From positions 4,256,001-4,320,000 of the forward strand of contig OZ240245.1 of NCBI GenBank assembly GCA_965198175.1: 64,000 nt of DNA, in the 5' to 3' direction. The notes beneath the pieces are model-generated. The model saw nothing but the letters and a program-made list of their open reading frames with translations, searched no databases and was not told where the DNA came from. How positions within the stretch are numbered: position 1 is the stretch's first letter; each line of letters opens with the position of its first letter. Below, one piece after another: positions 49,548 through 59,037 of this stretch. The position numbers were made by a program, and so were the translations under genes. The stretch comes from Candidatus Poribacteria bacterium (GTDB lineage: Bacteria; Poribacteria; WGA-4E; PCPOR2b).

Positions 49548-50485
49548 TGCAGAATTCAACAACAGCCCCCGACAAAATCAAACCCTCCTTCTCAGGTCAC
49601 GAAACCTTCCCGTTCCGCTATACCTGGCTGAAAAAAGGCGTTGACGCGGTGCGGGAAGATCCCGCCATCTTCACCAGCGACCGCGCCACAATCACGCTCG
49701 GCGTCGGCAAGAACATGGTGCGTTCCATCCGCCACTGGTGCACCGCAGCAGGACTCATTCGTGTACTGGCTGATCGCACGCAATTTGAGCCGACCGACCT
49801 TGGCAAAGCTTTTTTTGCCGATGATGGATTTGACCCATACCTTGAGGACACCGCCACGCTGTGGTTCATCCACGCGCAGCTTGCGGCGAACGCCAACCGA
49901 GCAACCACGTGGTACTGGGCGTTTAATGTCTTCGCTCAGAATGAGTTCAGAAAGCAGAGATTCACCTCCGGTTTGATTGATTGGGCTGAAAAAAAAGGGA
50001 AGCGCCGAAGTTCAGATAATTCGATCAAACGCGATGTCGATTGCTTTCTCCGGACGTATGTCCCCTCTCGACTAACAAAGACCACGATTCTGGAGGAGAC
50101 CTTCAACTGTCCGCTAGTCGAATTGGACCTCATCTCCGATTCTTCCGACGAAACCACATATCAATTTTATCGTGGACCAAAAGATTCGCTGCCAACCGAG
50201 GTTTTCGTCGCTGCACTGTCCCAATTCTGGGAGTCCCAGTTTGCCGATAGAAACTCGCTTGCTTTGGGTGAAATCGCCTATTCACCAAAAAGTCCTGGGA
50301 AGATTTTTAAGCTAGACATTGATTCCATCGTCCAATATCTTGAAGACGTCGAAACCCTCACCGATGGCGCCCTGCGCTACGACGAAACCGCAGGACTAAA
50401 ACAGGTTTACCGAGACCGGAGAATTGACCCGATGGAACTGCTGCATCGCTATTACAAACAATGCCCCGCGAGAAAGAAACATTGA
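49547..50485 (+). CDS. sspB: DUF4007 family protein, SspB-like
   Basis: FSGHETF..RY.WLKKG, LGVGKNMV.SIR.W, DPYLED..TLW..H, PL.EL.LI, ETAGL.Q; TGATG overlap with DUF58. Confidence 0.82.
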   Translation: MQNSTTAPDKIKPSFSGHETFPFRYTWLKKGVDAVREDPAIFTSDRATITLGVGKNMVRSIRHWCTAAGLIRVLADRTQFEPTDLGKAFFADDGFDPYLEDTATLWFIHAQLAANANRATTWYWAFNVFAQNEFRKQRFTSGLIDWAEKKGKRRSSDNSIKRDVDCFLRTYVPSRLTKTTILEETFNCPLVELDLISDSSDETTYQFYRGPKDSLPTEVFVAALSQFWESQFADRNSLALGEIAYSPKSPGKIFKLDIDSIVQYLEDVETLTDGALRYDETAGLKQVYRDRRIDPMELLHRYYKQCPARKKH

Positions 50486-50490
50486 ATGTT

Positions 50491-50522
50491 TACTAGCCAC
50501 TAGTCACTCATCACTAATCACT
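50491..50522 (+). repeat. Degenerate heptamer tandem repeat (CACTARY-like x4.5)
   Basis: TACTAGC CACTAGT CACTCAT CACTAAT CACT immediately before the sspC ATG. Confidence 0.55.
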
Positions 50523-53500
50523 ATGAACAAACCGCTTTCCGAACTCTTTCAAGTCACCGGGCGTTTTCGCCGATCGGTTCATCTTGAACGCGATTTCTAT
50601 GCCGAAAATTCGTTGGATGGGTATGTCTTAACCGTCGCCGCACGTGAAATGCTGCAGCGCCTGACTTCCGCACTTGAGAACGGTGCTGAGACCAAAGCCT
50701 GGTCAATTACAGGACCCTACGGCTCAGGAAAATCTGCATTCGCGCTTTTTGCCGCGAAACTGCTCGGCGCCCCTAAAGCACCGACGACCCAAAATGCCCT
50801 GAATCTGCTAGAACGCGGGGATGTGTTTTTGTGGGATCGATTTGTCGGTGTGCGTGCCAACCGGCAGAAGGAAAGAGGATTCTGTCCCATTCTCATCTCC
50901 GGTGAGCGCGCGCCAATTACAACCGCTTTGCTGCGTGGATTGGCAAGCGGTCTCGCCGCATTCGGCGGATGTTCAGCGTTCCTTTCACTAATTTCAGAGG
51001 TCGAAAAACGGTTGGACGCCGCAGTCAGCGGAGCGCCGCCCGCCGCGTCCGAAATCACAGATCTTTTTGAATCGGCAACACGACAGATTGGCGAGGCAGG
51101 CGGCGCTGGGCTGGTACTAGTCGTGGATGAGCTTGGGAAATTCCTCGAATATGCGGCACAACACCCGTCACGAGGTGACGTGTTCGTCCTACAGAGCCTC
51201 GCGGAGTTTGCGACAAGAAGCGAAGATACACCCTTATTCCTGCTAACCATTCTCCATCAAGCCTTTGAGGGGTACGCACAGCGGTTAGGAAAATCCCAAC
51301 GCGAGGAGTGGGCGAAAGTACAAGGGCGTTTCGAGGATGTCGCCTTCTTAGAACCGACTGAGCAGGTGCTCCGCTTGATTGGGGATGCGATTGAGAGAGA
51401 TGTCAATGCGTTGCCGGTTCTAGATCGTAGCTTTCTCTCCGATTCGGTTGACTTAGGACTCAATCCGCGCCAACTTAGCACGTACGAATTTCTGAAACTC
51501 CTTGAAAACTGTTTGCCCCTTCACCCGACAGTTGCTCTAGTTGCGGGATCGCTATTCCGCCGATTTGCGCAAAACGAACGCTCCCTGTTCGCCCTGCTCA
51601 ACTCCGGTGAACCCCACGGACTCCAAGATTTTCTTGTCAACCATTTTTACGATGGAAATCGTTTGCCGCTGTTTTCGCTCCCCGATTTGTACGACTATAT
51701 CAACACCGCTCTAGGGAATCGACTGTATGGCTCTAGCGACGGCAAAAAGTGGGCTGGGATTGAGACCGCAATCTCGCGATTGCCGAACCCATCGCCGATG
51801 ACCGTCAAACTAATCAAAACCATCGGATTGCTCGGCGGCGTCGGGGAGGTGAGCGTAAATCTGAAAAGTTCAAAATGTTTACTGCGGTATGCACTTGACG
51901 ATGGGACGGAAGTTTTCTCTCAAGAATTTGAGAATGCCCTTTCACAATTGGCAAAGCGATCGATTGCGATCTACCGCCGGTACAACGACGCCTACGCCCT
52001 TTGGGAAGGAAGCGACATCGACATTGAATCACGCCTCGCCGACGCAACTGCCCAGCTTGATTCAAATCAACCATTGGCATCCATCATTTCGGCGCTGCTG
52101 CCGCCCCAACCCCTCATTGCCCGGCGGCATCTCCATTTGACCGGCACGTTACGATATGTTACGATCCGATACACTGATGCTGTAAGATTTGAAACCGATC
52201 TCGAAACACCATTGGGTGACGCAGACGGTTTAATTCTCTACGCCCTGCCCGGCAGTGAATTTGAAGTCGAGACGCTTGTGAAAAAAGCGACCGAAGTATC
52301 CGTCGCCAATCGAAAAGATGTTATTGTCGCGATTCCTCGTTCTATCGGTCTTTTGCAGGATGCTGTCGTTGAATTGGGGCGTTTGCGGTGGGTTGAAGAC
52401 AATACACCCGAACTTGAGGGTGATAGGACGGCGCGACTCGAACTCACGGCGCGATCAGCAGAGGCAGAACGAACCGTATCTAACCAATTGACAGCCCTCT
52501 TTGGAGAGAACACCGCCGCGACGGAGGGTGGAGGATGTACCTGGTATCATACCGGAAATTCAATACAGATTACATCAAGGAGAGAGTTGAACGAATACCT
52601 TTCCATAATTTGCGATAGTGTGTACCACAAGACGCCAATCATCCGCAACGAACTCATCAATCAACGCCAATTGTCTTCCTCAGCCGCAAGTGCCCGAAAA
52701 AGACTCATCGCCGCAATGCTTGTGCACGGAGACGAGGAGGCACTAGGTATCAGTGGTTACCCGCCCGAGTTGAGCATCTATCTCTCGCTATTATGGGATA
52801 CCGGGATACACAACTGCGATTCAGGGGAATGGGGATTCCATCCGCCTGAAGCCGATGACAAAAACAGAATGTCCTTCGCATGGTCCACCATTGAGGCGTT
52901 TCTTGCCGAATGTGAGGCGAAACGCCAGCCGATCTCGAAGCTATACGACCGTTTGGAAAAACCTCCAATCGGTCTGAGGCGTGGTCCCCTACCCATCCTA
53001 CTCTGTGCTGCCTTGCTGCATTACGAAGCGGAAATCGCACTGTACGAAGATGGTTCCTTTGTCACGGATATCTCAACAGCAGTTTTTGAGCGGCTAATCA
53101 AGTCGCCGGAGAAATTTGAACTCAAGCGTTTCCGGATGAGCGGCGTCCGATCAGAGGTGTTTTCTCAATTCTTGACGCTGTTATCGAAACCGTCCCCCGT
53201 GACGGGGCATCCAACCTTGCTCGCAGTCGTCAAACCGCTCGTGCGTTTCGTTTCCAAACTGCCGCGCTACACAATGCTCACTCAGGAACTAAGTCACGAA
53301 GCAATCGAATTACGGAAAACCATTGGCAATGCACGGGAACCGGACACACTCCTTTTTGTCCAGTTGCCTCAAGCACTCGGTTTTGATGCTTTCGGTCCCT
53401 TGGAAGAAATGGATTCAAGTGCCGTGGGAAGGTTTTTCAACTCACTGCGAAGGACATTGTCGGAGTTAAATCGGGCTTATGACGACCTCTTGGCTTCCCT

Positions 53501-54044
53501 TTCAAAGCTGCTTGCTTCGGCGTTCTCATTGAAGGGAAATGGCGAGGCGATCCAGGTGGAACTTTATAGGCGAGCCGAACCGTTAGTTGATTTGACGATT
53601 GAGACGAAACTCAAGGGATTTTTTCTTCGCGTCTGTGACGAAGAGCTTGATTTCAAGGGCTGGCTTGAAGCAATTGGCACGTATATCGTCCAAAAACCTC
53701 CAGCCTCGTGGAATGACGAAGACAAAACGCATTTTCAGATAAACCTGTCTGAACTCGCGCGGAAGTTTCACCACTTTGAAGCCGTTTCATTTGAACGACA
53801 GAAACAATCCGATGGATTTTCTGATAGTGTAGGGGAAGTGATGCGCGTCGGCATCACCACGCTCACAGCGAAGGAACAGGAACGGGTCATTTCTTTACCT
53901 CCGGATACCGAGGAACATGCAAAATACATTGAGCGCGAAATTGAGGGCGTTTTCGACGCCTATGATGCCGAGGGAGATGCAGAACTCCGTCTCGCGGTTC
54001 TCGCAAGACTCTCGCGGAAGCTAATTGAACAACTTGAGGAATAG
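50523..54044 (+). CDS. sspC: Large P-loop ATPase, SspC-like
   Basis: F.RSV.LERD N-terminus, Walker A GPYGSGKS, Walker B LVVDELGKFLE, EW.KVQGRF, PLHP, FAQNERSLF; lies between DUF4007 and the PAPS reductase. Confidence 0.8.
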   Translation: MNKPLSELFQVTGRFRRSVHLERDFYAENSLDGYVLTVAAREMLQRLTSALENGAETKAWSITGPYGSGKSAFALFAAKLLGAPKAPTTQNALNLLERGDVFLWDRFVGVRANRQKERGFCPILISGERAPITTALLRGLASGLAAFGGCSAFLSLISEVEKRLDAAVSGAPPAASEITDLFESATRQIGEAGGAGLVLVVDELGKFLEYAAQHPSRGDVFVLQSLAEFATRSEDTPLFLLTILHQAFEGYAQRLGKSQREEWAKVQGRFEDVAFLEPTEQVLRLIGDAIERDVNALPVLDRSFLSDSVDLGLNPRQLSTYEFLKLLENCLPLHPTVALVAGSLFRRFAQNERSLFALLNSGEPHGLQDFLVNHFYDGNRLPLFSLPDLYDYINTALGNRLYGSSDGKKWAGIETAISRLPNPSPMTVKLIKTIGLLGGVGEVSVNLKSSKCLLRYALDDGTEVFSQEFENALSQLAKRSIAIYRRYNDAYALWEGSDIDIESRLADATAQLDSNQPLASIISALLPPQPLIARRHLHLTGTLRYVTIRYTDAVRFETDLETPLGDADGLILYALPGSEFEVETLVKKATEVSVANRKDVIVAIPRSIGLLQDAVVELGRLRWVEDNTPELEGDRTARLELTARSAEAERTVSNQLTALFGENTAATEGGGCTWYHTGNSIQITSRRELNEYLSIICDSVYHKTPIIRNELINQRQLSSSAASARKRLIAAMLVHGDEEALGISGYPPELSIYLSLLWDTGIHNCDSGEWGFHPPEADDKNRMSFAWSTIEAFLAECEAKRQPISKLYDRLEKPPIGLRRGPLPILLCAALLHYEAEIALYEDGSFVTDISTAVFERLIKSPEKFELKRFRMSGVRSEVFSQFLTLLSKPSPVTGHPTLLAVVKPLVRFVSKLPRYTMLTQELSHEAIELRKTIGNAREPDTLLFVQLPQALGFDAFGPLEEMDSSAVGRFFNSLRRTLSELNRAYDDLLASLSKLLASAFSLKGNGEAIQVELYRRAEPLVDLTIETKLKGFFLRVCDEELDFKGWLEAIGTYIVQKPPASWNDEDKTHFQINLSELARKFHHFEAVSFERQKQSDGFSDSVGEVMRVGITTLTAKEQERVISLPPDTEEHAKYIEREIEGVFDAYDAEGDAELRLAVLARLSRKLIEQLEE

Positions 54045-54082
54045 ACACCGACAAGAGATACTGAGGGGGTGGTAAGAGGACA

Positions 54083-54301
54083 ATGCAAGATGAACTTCGA
54101 CCGGAATATGACTTGAGAAACCTGCAAGTGAGGAAGGTGGGACCTGAGCGAAAGCACTTTGGAAGGTTCCTTGTGCAGCTAGAATCCGATGTTGCCGAGG
54201 TGTTTCCAAACGCAGCATCTGTGAATAAGGCACTGCGATTTTTGATTCGAGTCACCAAAGAAAACAGGGAGGCGCTTCCTGATCCTGAGGATAAAACTTG
54301 A
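54083..54301 (+). CDS. Orphan BrnA-like antitoxin
   Basis: DELRPEYD, V.L..DVA..FP....VN.ALR.L; GAGG SD. Confidence 0.72.
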   Translation: MQDELRPEYDLRNLQVRKVGPERKHFGRFLVQLESDVAEVFPNAASVNKALRFLIRVTKENREALPDPEDKT

Positions 54302-54304
54302 CAT

Positions 54305-54422
54305 CTATAGCCATTGCGACTAAAAATTATACATTTACTCATTGGTTTGTAGGAGAGGCTTCCTAGCCTCGATTATCAATCAGTCGATTCCTCCTTGTGT
54401 AAATATGAACCGAAAAGACTAG
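54305..54422. repeat. CTA(TA)G-bounded miniature element carrying a GTAG REP
   Basis: CTATAGCC...GTAGGAGAGGCTTCCTAGCCTC...TGTGTAAATATGAA...GACTAG; same right end as the element at 62865-63001. Confidence 0.6.
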
Positions 54423-54488
54423 CGCGTGAAATCACGGAGCGGTCATCTTCCATATACCTGCATCAGCCCCAAAGGGAAAGCGGATAAC

Positions 54489-54749
54489 ATGATTAGAAAC
54501 AAAGACGGCATGAAAATCTTCTATGACCGCGAAGCCGACGTCCTGTATGTCACTTGTGGGACACCGGAATTCACGGACTATGTTGAGCGCTCCGAAGATG
54601 TGATTCTGCGTCTCGATCCCGAAACTAAACAGTTGATCGGCTTTACAATCATTGATTTTTCGCAGCACTTCGCCAAACAGGAACCGGACATCGCGCTTCC
54701 CTTCGGTGTTGATTTCCAAATGTATGAACAAGTCAGCCAGAACGCATGA
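54489..54749 (+). CDS. DUF2283 domain protein (putative antitoxin)
   Basis: YD.EADVLY, D.ILR.D......IG.TI. Confidence 0.82.
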   Translation: MIRNKDGMKIFYDREADVLYVTCGTPEFTDYVERSEDVILRLDPETKQLIGFTIIDFSQHFAKQEPDIALPFGVDFQMYEQVSQNA

Positions 54750-54759
54750 AACTAGGGGT

Positions 54760-54788
54760 TTGACGTTCCTATCTACACATGATACAAT
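54760..54788 (+). promoter_or_regulatory. Internal sigma70-type promoter upstream of sspD
   Basis: TTGACG-N17-TACAAT. Confidence 0.6.
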
Positions 54789-54921
54789 ATGAAAAGAGGC
54801 TAAAAAGCCCCCCTGACAAGGGATCAACTGACCGAATAGATCAAGCGACTGAACAGGGAGCGCGATAGTCTTAAACGCCTCTCCAACGGTGCGCAACCTT
54901 TTTCGGTTCATTCAATCTTCA

Positions 54922-55080
54922 TTCCCCTCCTTACCAAGGAGGGGTTAGGGGAGGTCGTAGGTTGGGTTTCGCCGTTGGCTCAACCAAACTTACAAGAGCG
55001 CCTCTGGAGCGAAACCCTTCTAACTGCATACGCCTACATAATAGGTAACCGTGTCTTGCACTCCAGCGGAGCGGTATGTT
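54922..55080. repeat. REP mosaic homologous to the 44.9-45.6 kb cluster
   Basis: CCCCTCCTTACCAAGGAGGGG, GTTGGGTTTCGCCGTTGGCTCAACC, ATAGGTAAC...CTTGCACTCCAGCGGAGC. Confidence 0.7.
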
Positions 55081-55116
55081 ACTGTAAAACCCACACCGAA
55101 AGCAGAGGATACACCG

Positions 55117-55950
55117 ATGTTGAACGATTCCACAGAACAAAACAGGCGCCATATCCTAGGACTCTCCGGCGGCAAAGATAGCTCCGCACTCGCGGTTTAC
55201 ATGCGCGACAAAGTGCCGGATATGGAATACGCCTTCTGCGATACGGGGAAAGAGTTGCCGGAGACCTACGAATTCCTCGATCGCTTGGAAGCTTTCTTAG
55301 ACAAGAAAATTGAACGTTTAAACGCCGAGCGCGAATTTGACCACTGGCTCTCGGTATTCGGTGGACTGTTGCCATCGGCACAGGTGCGTTGGTGTACCCG
55401 TCTACTCAAAATCAAACCCTTTGAAGAATTTGTCGGCGAGGATTTGGCTTACAACTACGTCGCAATCCGTGCGGACGAAGACCGTGTCGGTTACAAACCC
55501 TTAAAGACCGTTGCACTCCGAAACATTGAACCCAAATACCCGTTCAAAGAGGACGGTATTACCGAGACAGATGTCTATCGGATTCTAGAGGAAAGCGGTC
55601 TCGGCTTGCCTGAATACTATAAATGGCGGACACGCTCTGGTTGCTACTTCTGTTTTTACCAGCGCAAAGCCGAATGGGTTGGGTTAATGGAGAATCACCC
55701 CGACCTTTTTGAACTCGCAAAGGATTACGAGAAATTTAACGAGGATACAGGGGAGAGATTCACGTGGAGTCAAGGCGAGAGTCTGCCAGAACTTTCAGAA
55801 GCTGAAAGAATTAAGCAAATTAAAGAAAACTACAGGAAAGCGATGGAACAGGCAAAGGCGTCCCAACCAAATCGTCCGTTGCTTGAAATCTTTGGGACCG
55901 TCCTTGATGATGAGGATGATGATGAGCCGTGTTTAATTTGCCATCTTTAA
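55117..55950 (+). CDS. sspD: PAPS reductase family protein, SspD-like
   Basis: PP-loop SGGKDS, DTG.ELPE, RWCT..LKI.P, IRADE, RSGCYFCF, C-terminal CLIC. Confidence 0.87.
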   Translation: MLNDSTEQNRRHILGLSGGKDSSALAVYMRDKVPDMEYAFCDTGKELPETYEFLDRLEAFLDKKIERLNAEREFDHWLSVFGGLLPSAQVRWCTRLLKIKPFEEFVGEDLAYNYVAIRADEDRVGYKPLKTVALRNIEPKYPFKEDGITETDVYRILEESGLGLPEYYKWRTRSGCYFCFYQRKAEWVGLMENHPDLFELAKDYEKFNEDTGERFTWSQGESLPELSEAERIKQIKENYRKAMEQAKASQPNRPLLEIFGTVLDDEDDDEPCLICHL

Positions 55951-55974
55951 CATCAACTACGACTAGGTCTCTAT

Positions 55975-56412
55975 ATGCAACACGGTTGGACACTTGAAAA
56001 AAGGAAGTGGGACAACTTGCTTTCAGTTGTCACTGGAACTCGTTGGTCAAAGACACAGTTAGTTTCTCTTGAGCGAGACAGTGTCCCTCAGAACCGCGGT
56101 GTGTATGCCATCTGCGTGACGCTCAAGACACTGAATTTCAACCAAAACCCGTTTAAGACTCTCTATGAAATCATCTACGTGGGAAAATCAAACTGTCTTC
56201 GCAGGCGATTCCTTGAACACTGTGACCGCGCCAAGCGCGGAGTCCAGATGGCGAAAGGATGTTTTGGCAATAACCTTGAATATTGGTTTACAATTGTCGA
56301 TGCTAATCGAATTGATGAACTTGAAACCCGTTTGATTGAATGCTTTGGTCCGCCGGCTAATCTTAAAGATAGACACATCCCAGCGAGAATAGGAAGTTCA
56401 AAACCGGCCTGA
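55975..56412 (+). CDS. Stand-alone GIY-YIG nuclease
   Basis: P...GVY, IYVGKS..LRRR..EH, E.RLI, P.AN. Confidence 0.8.
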   Translation: MQHGWTLEKRKWDNLLSVVTGTRWSKTQLVSLERDSVPQNRGVYAICVTLKTLNFNQNPFKTLYEIIYVGKSNCLRRRFLEHCDRAKRGVQMAKGCFGNNLEYWFTIVDANRIDELETRLIECFGPPANLKDRHIPARIGSSKPA

Positions 56413-56452
56413 TGGTGCGCCAAACTATCAAGCTCAATGGAGAAAGTCTCTG

Positions 56453-57856
56453 ATGAATATATATCCCGCATTACGTTCGAGAATGGGTGCGTTTAGTTAC
56501 TATGTCGTCAAGATGAGTGCCCAAGAACTAAGTGAAAACGTGAAATTTGCTTCTGAAGTTTATGAAGATCGCACCCTTGATGAAGCAATTCAACGAGTCT
56601 TAAGGCACGACAGAGTTAATAAGGAAATCGTAGAATATCTGAAACACCAACCGAATCGTTTCTTTTCCTCATTGGTGGTGGCCGCGTTAGAAGGCAATCC
56701 GATGTTCTATCCTGTTGAGATTACTGACGATCCGCATTTCGCGATTTTTCATGATGATCAGCGACTTAACGAGTCGTTTGGTGTCTTGAAGTTCGATGGC
56801 ACCCAGAAATATTATGCCCTTGATGGACAGCATCGCCTCTCAGCCATCAAGACTCTGCTAGATCGAAACAATTCAATCTCCGAGGGTGCTCCTGCTAACT
56901 TTGAGAACGATGAACTTTCTGTAATCGTCATTGTACCGAGTAAGGGGGATCCTGACTTCAAGCGCAAATACCGCAGGCTATTCTCCAATCTTAACCGCTA
57001 TGCCAAACCGACGGATGCAGCAACGAACATCATTATGGATGAAGACGATACGTTTGCCATTCTCACACGGCGCTTGATTACTGAGCATGATTTCTTCAAA
57101 TCTGAAGGCAGACAGATAGAATCAAGGCGTATAAAAACACAAAAAGGAAAAAACCTCAAGAGTACCGATCCGTACTTCACCAGCCTCGAAACCTTGTACG
57201 AGATGAACATAGCGTTGCTTAGTTCGGAACGCCGAATGCCAAGAAGCTGGGGACCAATTTTGGACGAAGGACAAGATTTGAAGAATTTTAAGCGGTTTCG
57301 TCCCCCCGAAGACTACATTGATGCACTTTACGAAGAATTGGAGATGTATTGGAATGCTCTAATCGCCGAAATCCCCGATCTTCAAAAATCTCCTCCCCTA
57401 ATGCGGGTTCATCACATTGAATTAGTCGAGGGTGAAGAGATGACCGATTTCCTTTTGTTTTGGCCTATAGGCCAACAGTTGTTAGCCGAGTTCGTCAGAA
57501 CCCTACTTGACAACAACCTTCCGAATTCGGCAACTCCCACTGCCGACAGCGTCTGTACCGCGTTAAAAGGACTTGGCCTGTTAGAATGGCGGCTGCATTA
57601 TGCTCCTTGGCGGTATCTCCTGTTGGTACGCAACGCGAGAGGTGACTGGGCAATGCGAAATGAAGAGAGGAAGGAGGCAGTCCGCTGCGGGCGCAGAATC
57701 CAACAGTGGATAATTGGTCTGGAGGAACTTGACGAAAGTGGTGTTGACGAACTCAAAAGGCTTTGGAGTAGTATGCTGATTCCGCCGCCGGGTGGAGAAG
57801 ATCGTGACAAAATGTGGAAACGCGTTGAAGACCTGAAGTTCTCCGTAAGTATGTGA
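56453..57856 (+). CDS. DGQHR-domain protein (DndB-like)
   Basis: QR.L...R, RFFSS.VV, LDGQHR..AI, RRLF..LNRYAKP. Confidence 0.88.
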   Translation: MNIYPALRSRMGAFSYYVVKMSAQELSENVKFASEVYEDRTLDEAIQRVLRHDRVNKEIVEYLKHQPNRFFSSLVVAALEGNPMFYPVEITDDPHFAIFHDDQRLNESFGVLKFDGTQKYYALDGQHRLSAIKTLLDRNNSISEGAPANFENDELSVIVIVPSKGDPDFKRKYRRLFSNLNRYAKPTDAATNIIMDEDDTFAILTRRLITEHDFFKSEGRQIESRRIKTQKGKNLKSTDPYFTSLETLYEMNIALLSSERRMPRSWGPILDEGQDLKNFKRFRPPEDYIDALYEELEMYWNALIAEIPDLQKSPPLMRVHHIELVEGEEMTDFLLFWPIGQQLLAEFVRTLLDNNLPNSATPTADSVCTALKGLGLLEWRLHYAPWRYLLLVRNARGDWAMRNEERKEAVRCGRRIQQWIIGLEELDESGVDELKRLWSSMLIPPPGGEDRDKMWKRVEDLKFSVSM

Positions 57857-58190
57857 ATCGCCAAGCTAGTTGGTTTTGTTGCGAAACATATGAAGAATTT
57901 CGAACACATTGATGAAAAACCGGGAGAATTTGGAGGTTTGTGATGTCCCTATTACACGACTTGATTGTAACTCATCACATACAGTAAGAAACTGGAAAAT
58001 CATTGTGGTTGGACGACACGGGCATGGACATTCCTTCGCAAAGCGTCCTAGGTCAACCGCGGTTAGGAAGATGCTACAATAATCGTAGTTGTGGATGTAC
58101 ACCTGGAAACAGTAGTTACTCAAACACACGCACGAATTAAAAGTCCTTTAGCAAAGTCCTGCCTTTAATGCGATTTAGGGGCCTTCACCT

Positions 58191-58529
58191 ATGGCGCAAA
58201 AGGGTGTCCCGTGGTTAATCATTGAAACCGAGTGGATAGAGCTTGGTGTTGTCTGCGAACCGACAATCGTCCTAACATCCCGAGGATATGCCCCCATTTT
58301 GCGAGTTCAAAAGTCTAGCACAGGTGCTGAGTTTAAGCTTTCCATCCGTGCGAAATCCATCGCTCAACCCTTAGAAGCACTTCGACTAAACAATCGAGGT
58401 GTTTTTAAGGGACTACACTTTCGAATTCGGAAACGGAGCATGGAGCCAGGGTCGCAATACCAGATTCAAGCAATGCCAACTGAAGGACCCGTTAAAGGAA
58501 CAATCAAAAAGCCAGTACATGCCTATTAA
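58191..58529 (+). CDS. Small hypothetical beta-rich protein
   Basis: 112-aa ORF co-oriented with the island; AGGGG upstream; no family recognised. Confidence 0.6.
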   Translation: MAQKGVPWLIIETEWIELGVVCEPTIVLTSRGYAPILRVQKSSTGAEFKLSIRAKSIAQPLEALRLNNRGVFKGLHFRIRKRSMEPGSQYQIQAMPTEGPVKGTIKKPVHAY

Positions 58530-58561
58530 AGGAATTTAACCCAATAAAATTCTACATTGAA

Positions 58562-58775
58562 TGTAGGTTGGGTTGAGCGGGCTCGCGAAACCCAACGCTT
58601 TTAAACCCGCCCGATAACAAACACTGTTACAATTTACTCCTTTTTATGGACTGTAAAAGCTGTAATTTTCGCTGATATTTTTGGGTTCAATCTTCGTGTT
58701 GTTGATATTTTCCTTGCGGCCCCCTGAACGTTTCAATAACGTTGGGTTTCGAGAGCCCGCTCAACCCAACCTACA
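58562..58775. repeat. REPIN-like doublet of inverted 36-bp GTAG REPs
   Basis: 58562-58597 and the reverse complement of 58740-58775 match at 35/36. Confidence 0.88.
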
Positions 58776-58995
58776 AGAATTTCTTTGCATACAAGCCAGC
58801 CCATCGCCACCGTGCCCTGAATTCGCCCCAAACCCGAAATGCAGACCGCCGATTCAGCGATATGTACCTTTCAACTTTGATTGCAAATCTTAATCTGATT
58901 TACAACAGACCAACCCCGCGTTAACTTCTGTCCTCCCCGTCTCGCTCACACGTCTGACAAAAACATCGTTGCTGAACCGCTAAAATCCCTGAATG

Positions 58996-59037
58996 TTAGC
59001 ACTCTCACTTGACATCTGCTAAATTGTATGGTAATCT
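58996..59037 (+). promoter_or_regulatory. CIRCE-like operator overlapping a sigma70 promoter
   Basis: TTAGCACTC-N9-ATCTGCTAA; TTGACA-N17-TAATCT. Confidence 0.5.

Noticed and set aside
49547..57856. BREX type 4 or classical Dnd system
   Set aside because: No PglZ or BrxL, and no DndD/DndE recognised; gene sizes and order fit SspBCD better.
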